A stretch of 64,000 nt of DNA from Bacteroidales bacterium. Lineage in GTDB: Bacteria > Bacteroidota > Bacteroidia > Bacteroidales > UBA12077. The stretch lies in contig JAHOYT010000011.1 in the NCBI GenBank assembly GCA_019038645.1, positions 63,909 through 127,908 on the forward strand, read 5' to 3'. Shown piece after piece: positions 51,579-60,074 of this stretch. A model generated the notes under the pieces. It had not been told where the DNA came from. It ran no database searches and was given only the letters and a program-made list of their open reading frames with translations. Numbering within the stretch: position 1 is the first letter of the stretch; every line of letters starts with the position of its first letter. The translations under genes were made by a program, and so were the position numbers.

Positions 51579-51592
51579 TTGATATATATCAA
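51579..51592. promoter_or_regulatory. Perfect FNR/CRP-type box TTGAT-N4-ATCAA
   Basis: TTGATATATATCAA, centred about 62 nt upstream of the Crp/Fnr ATG (51648) and about 152 nt from the hexahaem gene start (51433). Confidence 0.55.
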
Positions 51593-51647
51593 TAAAGAAA
51601 TTAAGATTTGTATATCTTATTATGTACTTTTCAAAACTCAAAAATTA

Positions 51648-52343
51648 ATGATGGATTTAAATGCTAAGATATCGTGCAAAAATTGTAAACACGGCTGGGG
51701 AAATTTTAAAAATTTAACCGCTAAAGAACTTGAAATAGTAAATGAAAACAGATTTCAGGCTAATTTTCAGGCCGGGGAAATAATTTTTAAACAAGGCTCT
51801 CCTGTATCAAATGCAGTTTTTTTAATAAATGGAATGGCAAAAATATATATAGAGGGTTTTGATAAGAAAAGAATGATGGTGGGTATTGCTAAACCAAAGG
51901 CTTTAATTGCCGGACCGGGTACTTTTGTTGATGATAGACATCATTATTCTGTTGCTGCATTAACTGATGTTACAGCATGTTTTATTAAAATGGATGTTCT
52001 TAAGGATTTTGTGAATACTAATGGTAAATTTGCCGAAGGATGGTTGCGGGATATAAGTCAAAAAGCATTAGGAACGTTTTATAAATTTTTAAGTCACACG
52101 CAAAAAAAAATGCATGGTCGTTTGGCCGAGACATTATTGTATTTAGCTGATGAGGTTCACAATTCAGATGATTTTACGATGCTTTTATCAAGGCAAGAAT
52201 TAGGCGAATTGTCCGGAATGGCTAAAGAAAGTGTTGTTCGGATATTGAAAGATTTAGCACAAGATAATATTATAGAAGATAAATGTCCCCATATTAAAAT
52301 CCTGAATAGGAAAAAGCTTCAAATGATTTCAAATATGGGTTAA
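51648..52343 (+). CDS. Crp/Fnr-family transcriptional regulator
   Basis: cNMP-binding-like beta-roll (FQAGEIIFKQGSPVSNAVFLINGMAKIY) and C-terminal HTH (SRQELGELSGMAKESVVRILKDL). N-terminal CKNC. ATG at 51648. Confidence 0.85.
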   Translation: MMDLNAKISCKNCKHGWGNFKNLTAKELEIVNENRFQANFQAGEIIFKQGSPVSNAVFLINGMAKIYIEGFDKKRMMVGIAKPKALIAGPGTFVDDRHHYSVAALTDVTACFIKMDVLKDFVNTNGKFAEGWLRDISQKALGTFYKFLSHTQKKMHGRLAETLLYLADEVHNSDDFTMLLSRQELGELSGMAKESVVRILKDLAQDNIIEDKCPHIKILNRKKLQMISNMG

Positions 52344-52349
52344 TATGTA

Positions 52350-55300
52350 ATGTATAAAATAAAAATTAAGTTTATGAAAAAGAAAAGTATCTTTCTGTTT
52401 ACTCCTTGGTTTATGGGAGTTTTGTTTATAGTGTTTGCGATGTCAATGGCTTTTGCAACATTTTATGAAAACGATTTTGGTGCAGTTGCGGCCAAAACAT
52501 TAGTTTATAACACTAAATGGTTTGAATTGTTAATGCTTTTAATGGTAATTAATCTTACCGGACAGGTATTTCAGTTTAAGTTATACAAAAGAAAGAAACT
52601 TACTATTTTACTATTTCACGCCGCCTTTGTTTTAATGATAATTGGTGCCGGAATTACACGTTATTTTGGGTTTGAAGGCGTTGTTCATATTCGTGAAAAT
52701 GATTCTCAAAATATTTGTACTTCAACAGATCAGTATTTGCAATTTAATGTTAGTAATTTAGACGGAAATGTTCTTTTTTCCGATTCAAAGAAATTATCTA
52801 TAACATCTGTAAAACAAGAAAAATATCATCAAGATGTAAAAATAGATGATGTAGATTATTCATTAAAATTTACTAACTATTTGACTAATGCAGTAGAGTC
52901 GATAGTTAATGTTGAAAATGGAGAACCTATGGTTTCTGTTTTAATATCAAGAGGAATGATGGGACGACAAACTATATTTTTGAAAAAAGGTGAAATTAAA
53001 AATGTGGGTGGAATTATGTTTGGTTTTGGCGAAGATGATTCTGTTGATGTGAGAATTACTATTCAGGATGATGCATTCAAAATACAATCGGAATATCCCA
53101 TTAGCGAAATAAGCATGATGTCGCAAAAAGCAACTATTCATGAACAAGGTGAAGCCATTCCGTTTGAAACTATGAAAATTTACCAGGTTAAAGGTTTATC
53201 TATTGTAGCTGAAGTGTTAAGCAAAAGTGGGGTTGTTAAAGTGGTAAATGCAGATTCCAAAACAAATACAACAAATAAAAGTGCTTTGGTTTTTGAATTG
53301 GTTCACGGAAATAAATTAACTGAATTAATTCTATTGAGAGCGCCGGGAATAAATAATACTACTAGATTTATTAATGGGGAGCATTCTATTGAGGTAAGCT
53401 ATAGTTCATTAGAAGTAGAATTACCGTTTAGCTTAAAGTTGGAAGATTTTATACTGGAAAGATATCCTGGTTCAAGTAGCCCTTCATCCTATAAGAGTGA
53501 TGTTGTATTAATAGATGAAAAGGAGGGTGTAAATATGCCTTATTCTATTTATATGAATCATATATTAAAATATAAGGGTTGGAGATTTTATCAATCGTCA
53601 TACGATCAGGATGAAAGAGGAACAATTTTATCTGTGAACAGAGATTTTGCAGGAATGTTTGTTACATATGTCGGATATTTTATATTATTCTTATTTATGG
53701 TACTATCATTGATTAATAAAAATTCAGCTTTTCGAACAGTTACTAAAAACTTTTTTAGATCAACTTCAGGTAAAGTAGTCAGTTTATTATTTTTATTTCT
53801 AAGTTCTTCATTACTGGCAAGTTCTCAAAATCAGAAATTAGTAGTACCCAAATCTCTTTCCAATGAGTTTGGAAAAGTATTAGTTCAGAATCAGAAAGGA
53901 AGAACTGAACCTATTTACGCTTTAAGCAACGATATTTTAAGAAAAGTAACCAAAGAAACAGAATTCGACGGGTATTCACCAATGCAGGTGTTTTTAGGAT
54001 TCTATTTTGATTTTCATAACTGGCAAAAGGTTCCGTTAATTAAAATTTCTAATGTTGATGTAAAAAAAGCAATTGGTATTAATGGAGATTATGCTGCATT
54101 TTCAGATATTGTTGATTTGCAGGAAAATAGTTATAAATTAAAACAATATGTGGATGCTGCTTATGCAAAGCCATCAGGAGCCAGAAATAAGTTTGATAAG
54201 GAAATTATTAAAGTAGATGAGCGCTTGAATATTTGCTTCATGATTTACTCAGGTGAGTTCATGAAAATATTACCGGTTAAAGATCATTCAATGAAATGGC
54301 ATTCACCAAAAGATGCTTATACATTTGTTGCAAACGCTGATGATTCACTGTACTTAAGAAATATTGTTGGTTTATTTGCTCAGGGAGTTGATATAGCGAA
54401 TACCTCTGGTGATTATACTCAGGCTAATGAAACTTTAAAATCAATAATTAATTATCAGAGAAATTTTGCGCAATATGAATTGCCGGATACAAGAAAGGTA
54501 AATGCGGAAATACTCTATTATAAATCCAAAATTTATGATAAACTTTTCCCTTTTTATGCTTCTATTGGATTGCTTCTTTTATTTATTCTGCTTTATGGAA
54601 TAATATCTCAGAACAAAAATCTTGGACTAATAATTAAAATTTTTACAGGACTTCTTATTGTAGGTTTTGTTTTTCATACAATGGGATTGACTATTCGATG
54701 GTATGTTTCGGGCCATGCACCAATGAGTAATGGTTATGAATCAATGATTTTTATTTCCTGGGTAACTATATTGGCCGGATTCTTTTTTGGTAAGCGATCT
54801 TCATTTGTTTTGGCTGCAACATCTGTTTTAGGTGGTTTTACACTTATGGTAGCACATTTAAGTTTTATGGATCCACAAATAACAAATCTGGTTCCGGTGT
54901 TGCAATCTTATTGGTTAACAATTCACGTTTCTGTTATTACAGGTAGCTACGGATTCTTAGGTTTAGGTGCTATAATAGGAATTATTGTACTAATTCTTTA
55001 TTCAATGATCTCGGAAAGTAATAAAGCAAATATATTATCAACAATAGAAGAGCTAACAATTATTAATTACAAAGCATTGACTATTGGCTTATATCTTCTT
55101 ACTATCGGAACTTTTCTGGGAGCTATTTGGGCTAATGAATCATGGGGCAGATATTGGGGTTGGGATCCAAAAGAAACATGGTCGTTGATTACAATTATTG
55201 TTTATAGTTTTGTTATTCACTCCAGAATGATAAAGGAATTAAAAGGATTTTATGCTTTTAATGTAATTTCATTATTTGCATTCTCTTCTGTGTTAATGAC

Positions 55301-55463
55301 CTATTTCGGTGTGAATTATTATTTGTCAGGATTACACTCATATGCGGGTGGAGATCCTGTGCCTGTACCTAAGTTTGTTTATGTAAGTATTTTCCTATTA
55401 GTTTCACTATCGATATTGGCTTACCAGAGATACAGGAAAATTTTATTAACAAATACAAAATAG
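52350..55463 (+). CDS. ccsBA: Fused system II cytochrome c synthase CcsBA (ResB + CcsA)
   Basis: N-terminal ResB-like TM and periplasmic domain. C-terminal CcsA with WWD motif WGRYWGWDPKETWS and conserved His. 1037 aa. Alternative start at 52374. Confidence 0.88.
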   Translation: MYKIKIKFMKKKSIFLFTPWFMGVLFIVFAMSMAFATFYENDFGAVAAKTLVYNTKWFELLMLLMVINLTGQVFQFKLYKRKKLTILLFHAAFVLMIIGAGITRYFGFEGVVHIRENDSQNICTSTDQYLQFNVSNLDGNVLFSDSKKLSITSVKQEKYHQDVKIDDVDYSLKFTNYLTNAVESIVNVENGEPMVSVLISRGMMGRQTIFLKKGEIKNVGGIMFGFGEDDSVDVRITIQDDAFKIQSEYPISEISMMSQKATIHEQGEAIPFETMKIYQVKGLSIVAEVLSKSGVVKVVNADSKTNTTNKSALVFELVHGNKLTELILLRAPGINNTTRFINGEHSIEVSYSSLEVELPFSLKLEDFILERYPGSSSPSSYKSDVVLIDEKEGVNMPYSIYMNHILKYKGWRFYQSSYDQDERGTILSVNRDFAGMFVTYVGYFILFLFMVLSLINKNSAFRTVTKNFFRSTSGKVVSLLFLFLSSSLLASSQNQKLVVPKSLSNEFGKVLVQNQKGRTEPIYALSNDILRKVTKETEFDGYSPMQVFLGFYFDFHNWQKVPLIKISNVDVKKAIGINGDYAAFSDIVDLQENSYKLKQYVDAAYAKPSGARNKFDKEIIKVDERLNICFMIYSGEFMKILPVKDHSMKWHSPKDAYTFVANADDSLYLRNIVGLFAQGVDIANTSGDYTQANETLKSIINYQRNFAQYELPDTRKVNAEILYYKSKIYDKLFPFYASIGLLLLFILLYGIISQNKNLGLIIKIFTGLLIVGFVFHTMGLTIRWYVSGHAPMSNGYESMIFISWVTILAGFFFGKRSSFVLAATSVLGGFTLMVAHLSFMDPQITNLVPVLQSYWLTIHVSVITGSYGFLGLGAIIGIIVLILYSMISESNKANILSTIEELTIINYKALTIGLYLLTIGTFLGAIWANESWGRYWGWDPKETWSLITIIVYSFVIHSRMIKELKGFYAFNVISLFAFSSVLMTYFGVNYYLSGLHSYAGGDPVPVPKFVYVSIFLLVSLSILAYQRYRKILLTNTK

Positions 55464-55527
55464 GAAAATTACAAAGCTATTAATCTATTGAATATCAGAT
55501 AAGCATTATTTTATATATGATATTGTA

Positions 55528-55726
55528 AAGAGGGTGTCCAAAAAGTAGTAGAACTGTCATTGCTCACTTCGCTCGTGAGAGAAGTTCCCTTGATTATGCC
55601 TGACTTCCTTCGGCAGTTAAACCGGCAGGCAGGAAAGGGAATCTCTTATTAGACAGTAATACAGGTTAATATGAGATCTCCAATCGAGTTGGAGATGACA
55701 AATAGTGATTTTTTGGACACCCTCTT
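55528..55726. repeat. 199-bp intergenic element bounded by a perfect 17-bp inverted repeat, with internal hairpins (MITE-like element or structured RNA)
   Basis: AAGAGGGTGTCCAAAAA (55528-55544) and its exact reverse complement (55710-55726). Internal stems CTCAC..GTGAG and ATCTCCAA-TCGAG-TTGGAGAT. GC-rich core CGGCAGTTAAACCGGCAGGCAGG. Confidence 0.6.
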
Positions 55727-55825
55727 GCTTTTAAACAATTAAGAAGTAATAATAGATATAATTTTGCCTGGTTAGTTTGTAAATGAAATGCTTATTAAAT
55801 ATTTGGCAAACAAAATAATACAAAA

Positions 55826-56521
55826 TTAACCTGTTTCACTTATTCTTTTTAAACGGTTGTAATCAATTATTTTGAGTTTCTTCCCTTCAATTTCAATTAA
55901 TTTATCTTCTTTAAACTTTTTTAGCATTCTTATAACAGTTTCTGCACTCATCGTCGATAATTCCGCAATATCTTTGCGTGACAATACCAAATCAAACTCT
56001 CTTTCTTTAAAAACTCTGTCAGACAAACACAAAATAATATCAGCTAATCTTCCGTATGATTGTTTGTGAGTAAGACAAAAAAAGCGACTATTAATTTGAA
56101 CACTTTTTGCACTTAAGATATCAATAATGCTTTTTGCAAAGCCAGAATTCTTATTTAGTAATTTTCTGAAAGCTACAACATTAATTTGATTTACTATAGT
56201 ATCCACATAAGCCATTGCTGAATATTGAAAAGTAGTATATTCTTCATTAACTGAAGTTAGTCCAAGCATGCTTCCTTCGGGAATCATTTTTAAAACTAAA
56301 GAATTAATCCCGTCATCAATATAAACTTTAATCAACCCACTCTCAACAGACATGATGTGTGATGCATAACTCCCTTGTTTGCATATAATCTCTCCCTTTT
56401 TGTATTTTATCTTTACTGTATTCTCATCCAGAAATTTCGTTTCTTTTTTATTCAATTTATCAAAACATATACAGGGATCTAAACTTATAGTACAACCCGA
56501 ATATTGAATTTCCTTCGCCAT
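55826..56521 (-). CDS. Crp/Fnr-family transcriptional regulator (Cys-rich N-terminus)
   Basis: N-terminal C10/C17/C19 (GCTISLDPCIC), cNMP-like beta-roll, C-terminal HTH (SRKDIAELSTMSAETVIRMLKKF). Confidence 0.85.
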   Translation of the reverse strand: MAKEIQYSGCTISLDPCICFDKLNKKETKFLDENTVKIKYKKGEIICKQGSYASHIMSVESGLIKVYIDDGINSLVLKMIPEGSMLGLTSVNEEYTTFQYSAMAYVDTIVNQINVVAFRKLLNKNSGFAKSIIDILSAKSVQINSRFFCLTHKQSYGRLADIILCLSDRVFKEREFDLVLSRKDIAELSTMSAETVIRMLKKFKEDKLIEIEGKKLKIIDYNRLKRISETG

Positions 56522-56559
56522 ATCTTAATATTATCGTTTGAATTGCAAATATACACAAA

Positions 56560-56579
56560 TCAGTTTTAAAACTGATTCA
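56560..56579. promoter_or_regulatory. Perfect 20-bp palindrome in the divergent regulator / decahaem promoter region
   Basis: AATCAGTTTTAAAACTGATT, between the Crp/Fnr gene (start 56521) and the decahaem gene (start 56712). Confidence 0.4.
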
Positions 56580-56711
56580 CATCATGTATAAAAATGCATC
56601 GAATCATATTTTTTTATTGCGCATGGCTACCCCAAAAACTTTGCCAGTTCTGGGGAAACGCTCATCTTTATACTCAAATAAAAAAGTCTTTTATATTATA
56701 ATATTAATAAC

Positions 56712-58067
56712 ATGAAAAACAAATTCGCCAAACCAGGTTTTTTGATTTTAATAGCAGTTTTAATTGGAATAAACTACAGTTGTTCTAATAAAACAATTGA
56801 GGTATTTGAAGAAAAAATGACTGTTGCATCCTGTGAAGGATGTCATATTAACTATGCACATTTACAGGAAATATATACACCTGATACTGCTGCTCCGGCA
56901 GGAGGTTGCGGTGGAGAAGCTCCTCATTATGAGCCTTATGATAGAGTTTACATGGGAGGTGCGGGTTACGCTGATTTTAAAAAAACAGTACATTATAACA
57001 TGGGCTGTATTGCCTGTCATAACGGAACTGATAACACATCAGATAAAGATGTAGCTCATTCCGGCGATTTTATTTCTCATCCTTCGCTGTATTATGAAGA
57101 AAAATGCGGTGATTGTCATGACGAAATCACTAATAACTATGTGACAAGTATTCATAACGGAACAGGCCAAAAAAGAGCAGTTACGATGCGAAGCGGTTTA
57201 AGTGGTGCTGAAGAATTTGATCTGTTACCTGAACATCAAATTGAAGGTTATAATGCTAATTGTGCTACTTGCCATGGTACTTGCGGAAATTGTCACGTTT
57301 CCCGACCTGCAATTGCTGGTGGTGGTCTTTCAAATGGCCATGCTTTTACTAAAACTCCTGATATGGTAGACATTTGTATTAGTTGCCATACATCAAGAGG
57401 CGGGCATGCCTATTTAGGTGTAGCAATAGGAACTGTGCCTGATGCACACTTAACAAATAATGGATATGATTGTATGGATTGTCATACCGGTGCAGAATTA
57501 CATGGCGATGGAAATCCGGTAGATCAAAGATATGCATATAGTGAATTACCTACATGTGATAAATGCCATACTGATATTGCAACTGAAAACGATTACCATT
57601 CTATGCATTATGATGATTTCAATTGCCAGGTTTGTCACTCGCAGGATTATAATAATTGTGGTAGTTGCCATGTACATGGTGATGGAGCACGTGTTCCATC
57701 GTATTTAGGATTTAAAATTGGGGTTAACCCGATTCCTGATATTAAAACTGATTTCAACTTTGTATTATTGAGAAGAACTTTGGCTGCACCTGATAATTGG
57801 AAAGAATATGGAGTTGAAAGTTATGCCAACTTTGATGTTTTACCAACATATAATTATACCTCACCGCATAATATTTTAAGATGGACAACCAGAACCCAGG
57901 TTGATGGATCTGATTGTACAACAAGCTGCCATATCAGAGATGAGGATGGAGTATTAATCAATAAGGAATTATACTTATTTCAGGAGGATTTAGTAGAAGA
58001 CTGGGAATTAAGCGCAACAACTGGAATTACGGTTGATGGGAAATTACCTGGAACATGGACAAAATAA
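56712..58067 (+). CDS. Decahaem (10 CxxCH + 1 CxxxCH) cytochrome c lipoprotein
   Basis: Lipobox NYSC. CEGCH, CIACH, CGDCH, CATCH, CGNCH, CISCH, CMDCH, CDKCH, CQVCH, CGSCH, plus CTTSCH. Confidence 0.8.
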   Translation: MKNKFAKPGFLILIAVLIGINYSCSNKTIEVFEEKMTVASCEGCHINYAHLQEIYTPDTAAPAGGCGGEAPHYEPYDRVYMGGAGYADFKKTVHYNMGCIACHNGTDNTSDKDVAHSGDFISHPSLYYEEKCGDCHDEITNNYVTSIHNGTGQKRAVTMRSGLSGAEEFDLLPEHQIEGYNANCATCHGTCGNCHVSRPAIAGGGLSNGHAFTKTPDMVDICISCHTSRGGHAYLGVAIGTVPDAHLTNNGYDCMDCHTGAELHGDGNPVDQRYAYSELPTCDKCHTDIATENDYHSMHYDDFNCQVCHSQDYNNCGSCHVHGDGARVPSYLGFKIGVNPIPDIKTDFNFVLLRRTLAAPDNWKEYGVESYANFDVLPTYNYTSPHNILRWTTRTQVDGSDCTTSCHIRDEDGVLINKELYLFQEDLVEDWELSATTGITVDGKLPGTWTK

Positions 58068-58113
58068 ATAAATTAATCAATAAATATGTTTTACAAAAAT
58101 TAAAATTATTATT

Positions 58114-59079
58114 ATGAAAAACACAAAAATTTTATTATTAAGTATTTTATCAGCTTTTTTATTCTTTGCATCTTGTGATGACGATGATCCGGTAGTAAAT
58201 GAATCTGAAGTTCTTGTTGAATATCTTGAAACAACAGGAGGAACAGTAGTTAATACTTTCCCTGTTATGATTAAAACATCAGATGTAAATACGGGAAATT
58301 TAACTGAAGCGGATCAATATGTTATTGATATCAGATCTGCCACAGATTATGCAACAGGACACATTGAAGGAGCTGTTAATGTTGCAGCTGGAGAAGTCCT
58401 TGCACATTATGAAGCAAATAACCTGGAAAGTTATACAACTGTTGCTATTGCTTGCTATAGTGGCCAATCTGCAGGATGGGTAAACGGACTGTTATACACA
58501 ATGGGTTACACGAATACAAAAGACATGAAATGGGGAATGTGTGGTTGGAATGAAACAACTTCCGGATCATGGACATCTAATATTGGTAATAATTATGCTT
58601 CTGCTTTAGTTACTGATGTTACTGCAAAAGCTGAAGAAGGAAGTCTTCCAAAATTAAGCACAGGGGTAACTGATGCTGAAGATATTTTAAGAGCAAGAGT
58701 TGAGGCTGTTTTTGCTGAAGGCTTTAGTGAAGCTGCAGTTTCGGCTTCTACTGTTTTTACTACACCAGACGATTATTATATTGTTAATTACTGGAGCGAA
58801 GATCATTACAGCTGGGGTCATATCCCGGGAGCAATTCAATATAGTCCGGGAGCTACTTTAACTTCAGATACTTTCCTTAAGACTCTTCCAACTGACAAGC
58901 CTATTGCAGTTTATTGCTATACTGGTCAGACATCAGCTCACGTTGCTGCTTATTTACGAGTTTTAGGATATGACGCAAAATCAGTTAAATTTGGTGTTAA
59001 TGGAATGTCTTATGATGCTATGCCAGGAACTAAGTTTATAGAAGAGACTGATGTTCATGATTATGAATTAGTTCAATAA
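58114..59079 (+). CDS. Tandem-rhodanese-domain lipoprotein
   Basis: Lipobox FFASC. Two rhodanese active-site loops, CYSGQSA and CYTGQTS, each preceded by a GHI(E/P)GA motif. Confidence 0.8.
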   Translation: MKNTKILLLSILSAFLFFASCDDDDPVVNESEVLVEYLETTGGTVVNTFPVMIKTSDVNTGNLTEADQYVIDIRSATDYATGHIEGAVNVAAGEVLAHYEANNLESYTTVAIACYSGQSAGWVNGLLYTMGYTNTKDMKWGMCGWNETTSGSWTSNIGNNYASALVTDVTAKAEEGSLPKLSTGVTDAEDILRARVEAVFAEGFSEAAVSASTVFTTPDDYYIVNYWSEDHYSWGHIPGAIQYSPGATLTSDTFLKTLPTDKPIAVYCYTGQTSAHVAAYLRVLGYDAKSVKFGVNGMSYDAMPGTKFIEETDVHDYELVQ

Positions 59080-59101
59080 TAATATTGAAAATACTATTAT
59101 G

Positions 59102-59134
59102 AAAAGAGATTGCACATTTGCAATCTCTTTTTTT
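59102..59134 (+). terminator. Rho-independent terminator after the rhodanese gene
   Basis: AAAAGAGATTGCA-CATT-TGCAATCTCTTTT plus a T-run. Confidence 0.8.
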
Positions 59135-59180
59135 AGTATTAACTATTTATAATAACAAATAATTTTTGAGCTTCAATATT

Positions 59181-59894
59181 CTATAAACCTAAAAACTCTA
59201 TACTTATTCCGCAAAGAAATATGGTTGCTCCGGCAATGGCATGCATATATCTTTCCATATTTAATTTTGGCAAAAATTTAAATCCATATAATGATGTTGT
59301 TACCACAAGCATCATTGTTCCAACAGTAGCAGTACTGAAAATAACAGTAACCATAATTATATCCAAAACATTGTTTTGAGCAGCCGGGTAAAGCAGAACC
59401 GGGATGAATGGTTCACACGGACCAAATATGAAAATTGTAAACAGAACCCAGGGTGTTAATTCCTTAATGCTTTTTTTTTCGTGAACATGTGAATGTTCTT
59501 TGAAATGTGAATGTTTATGAATATGAACTTTGCCATTGGCATGTGCGTGTTCATGTGAATGTTCTTTTTGTTTGTAAGCCTTACGTAATCCCCAGATAAA
59601 ATAAACCAAACCAAATGCGATCATCAGCCAGGCAGCAACAGAGCCGCGTGTAGCTTCAATGGGAGTGAGTTTATTCACGGCAATTCCCAGTAAAACACCA
59701 ATAAAACCAATTAAAATAGAACTAGCAACATGACCAATACCACAAATAAAAGTAATAAGGTTTGTTTTCCACATGGACCATTTACGCGCCCTGGACATTA
59801 CAATAAATGGAATATAATGATCAGGCCCCAAAAGGGTATGAAAAAATCCTATTGAGGCTGCTGTTAGGTAAAGGATGCTTGAATCTATTTGCAT
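59181..59894 (-). CDS. Ni/Co transporter-like membrane protein with His-rich loop (NicO/RcnA-like)
   Basis: 6 TM helices. Central loop KEHSHEHAHANGKVHIHKHSHFKEHSHVHEKK. N-terminal FFHTLLGPDH motif. Confidence 0.55.
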   Translation of the reverse strand: MQIDSSILYLTAASIGFFHTLLGPDHYIPFIVMSRARKWSMWKTNLITFICGIGHVASSILIGFIGVLLGIAVNKLTPIEATRGSVAAWLMIAFGLVYFIWGLRKAYKQKEHSHEHAHANGKVHIHKHSHFKEHSHVHEKKSIKELTPWVLFTIFIFGPCEPFIPVLLYPAAQNNVLDIIMVTVIFSTATVGTMMLVVTTSLYGFKFLPKLNMERYMHAIAGATIFLCGISIEFLGL

Positions 59895-59904
59895 GTTTAC
59901 GGTT

Positions 59905-60042
59905 TAAATTCCAAATTACAAAGAGCAACTTTCAAACCCGCCTGCCGGACGGGCAGGTAAAAACCAAAAATCAATTTTTAAAACAGATTTGTATTAAGTT
60001 ACTTTATGGTTTTGAGTTTTTGATATTGAGGTTTGGAATTTA
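59905..60042. repeat. 138-bp intergenic element bounded by an 11-bp inverted repeat, with a GC-rich central hairpin
   Basis: TAAATTCCAAA (59905-59915) and TTTGGAATTTA (60032-60042). Internal CCTGCC-GGACG-GGCAGG hairpin. Confidence 0.45.
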
Positions 60043-60074
60043 TTTGTTTATTGTGATTTGATATTTGTTATTTC

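Noticed and set aside
55590-55640. Possible SRP (4.5S) RNA domain IV in the IR-bounded element; the minus strand contains CGAAGGAAGUCAGGC
   Set aside because: Only a short GGAAG/CAGG resemblance exists. The symmetric-loop and GNRA-tetraloop geometry, the flanking helix and the overall length (about 200 nt with a 17-bp closing stem) do not fit bacterial SRP RNA.
59807-60061. 84-aa ORF across the 59.9-kb intergenic element
   Set aside because: It overlaps the start of the Ni-transporter gene and then simply translates the repeat element (..RLPDGQVKTKN..). It is not a gene.
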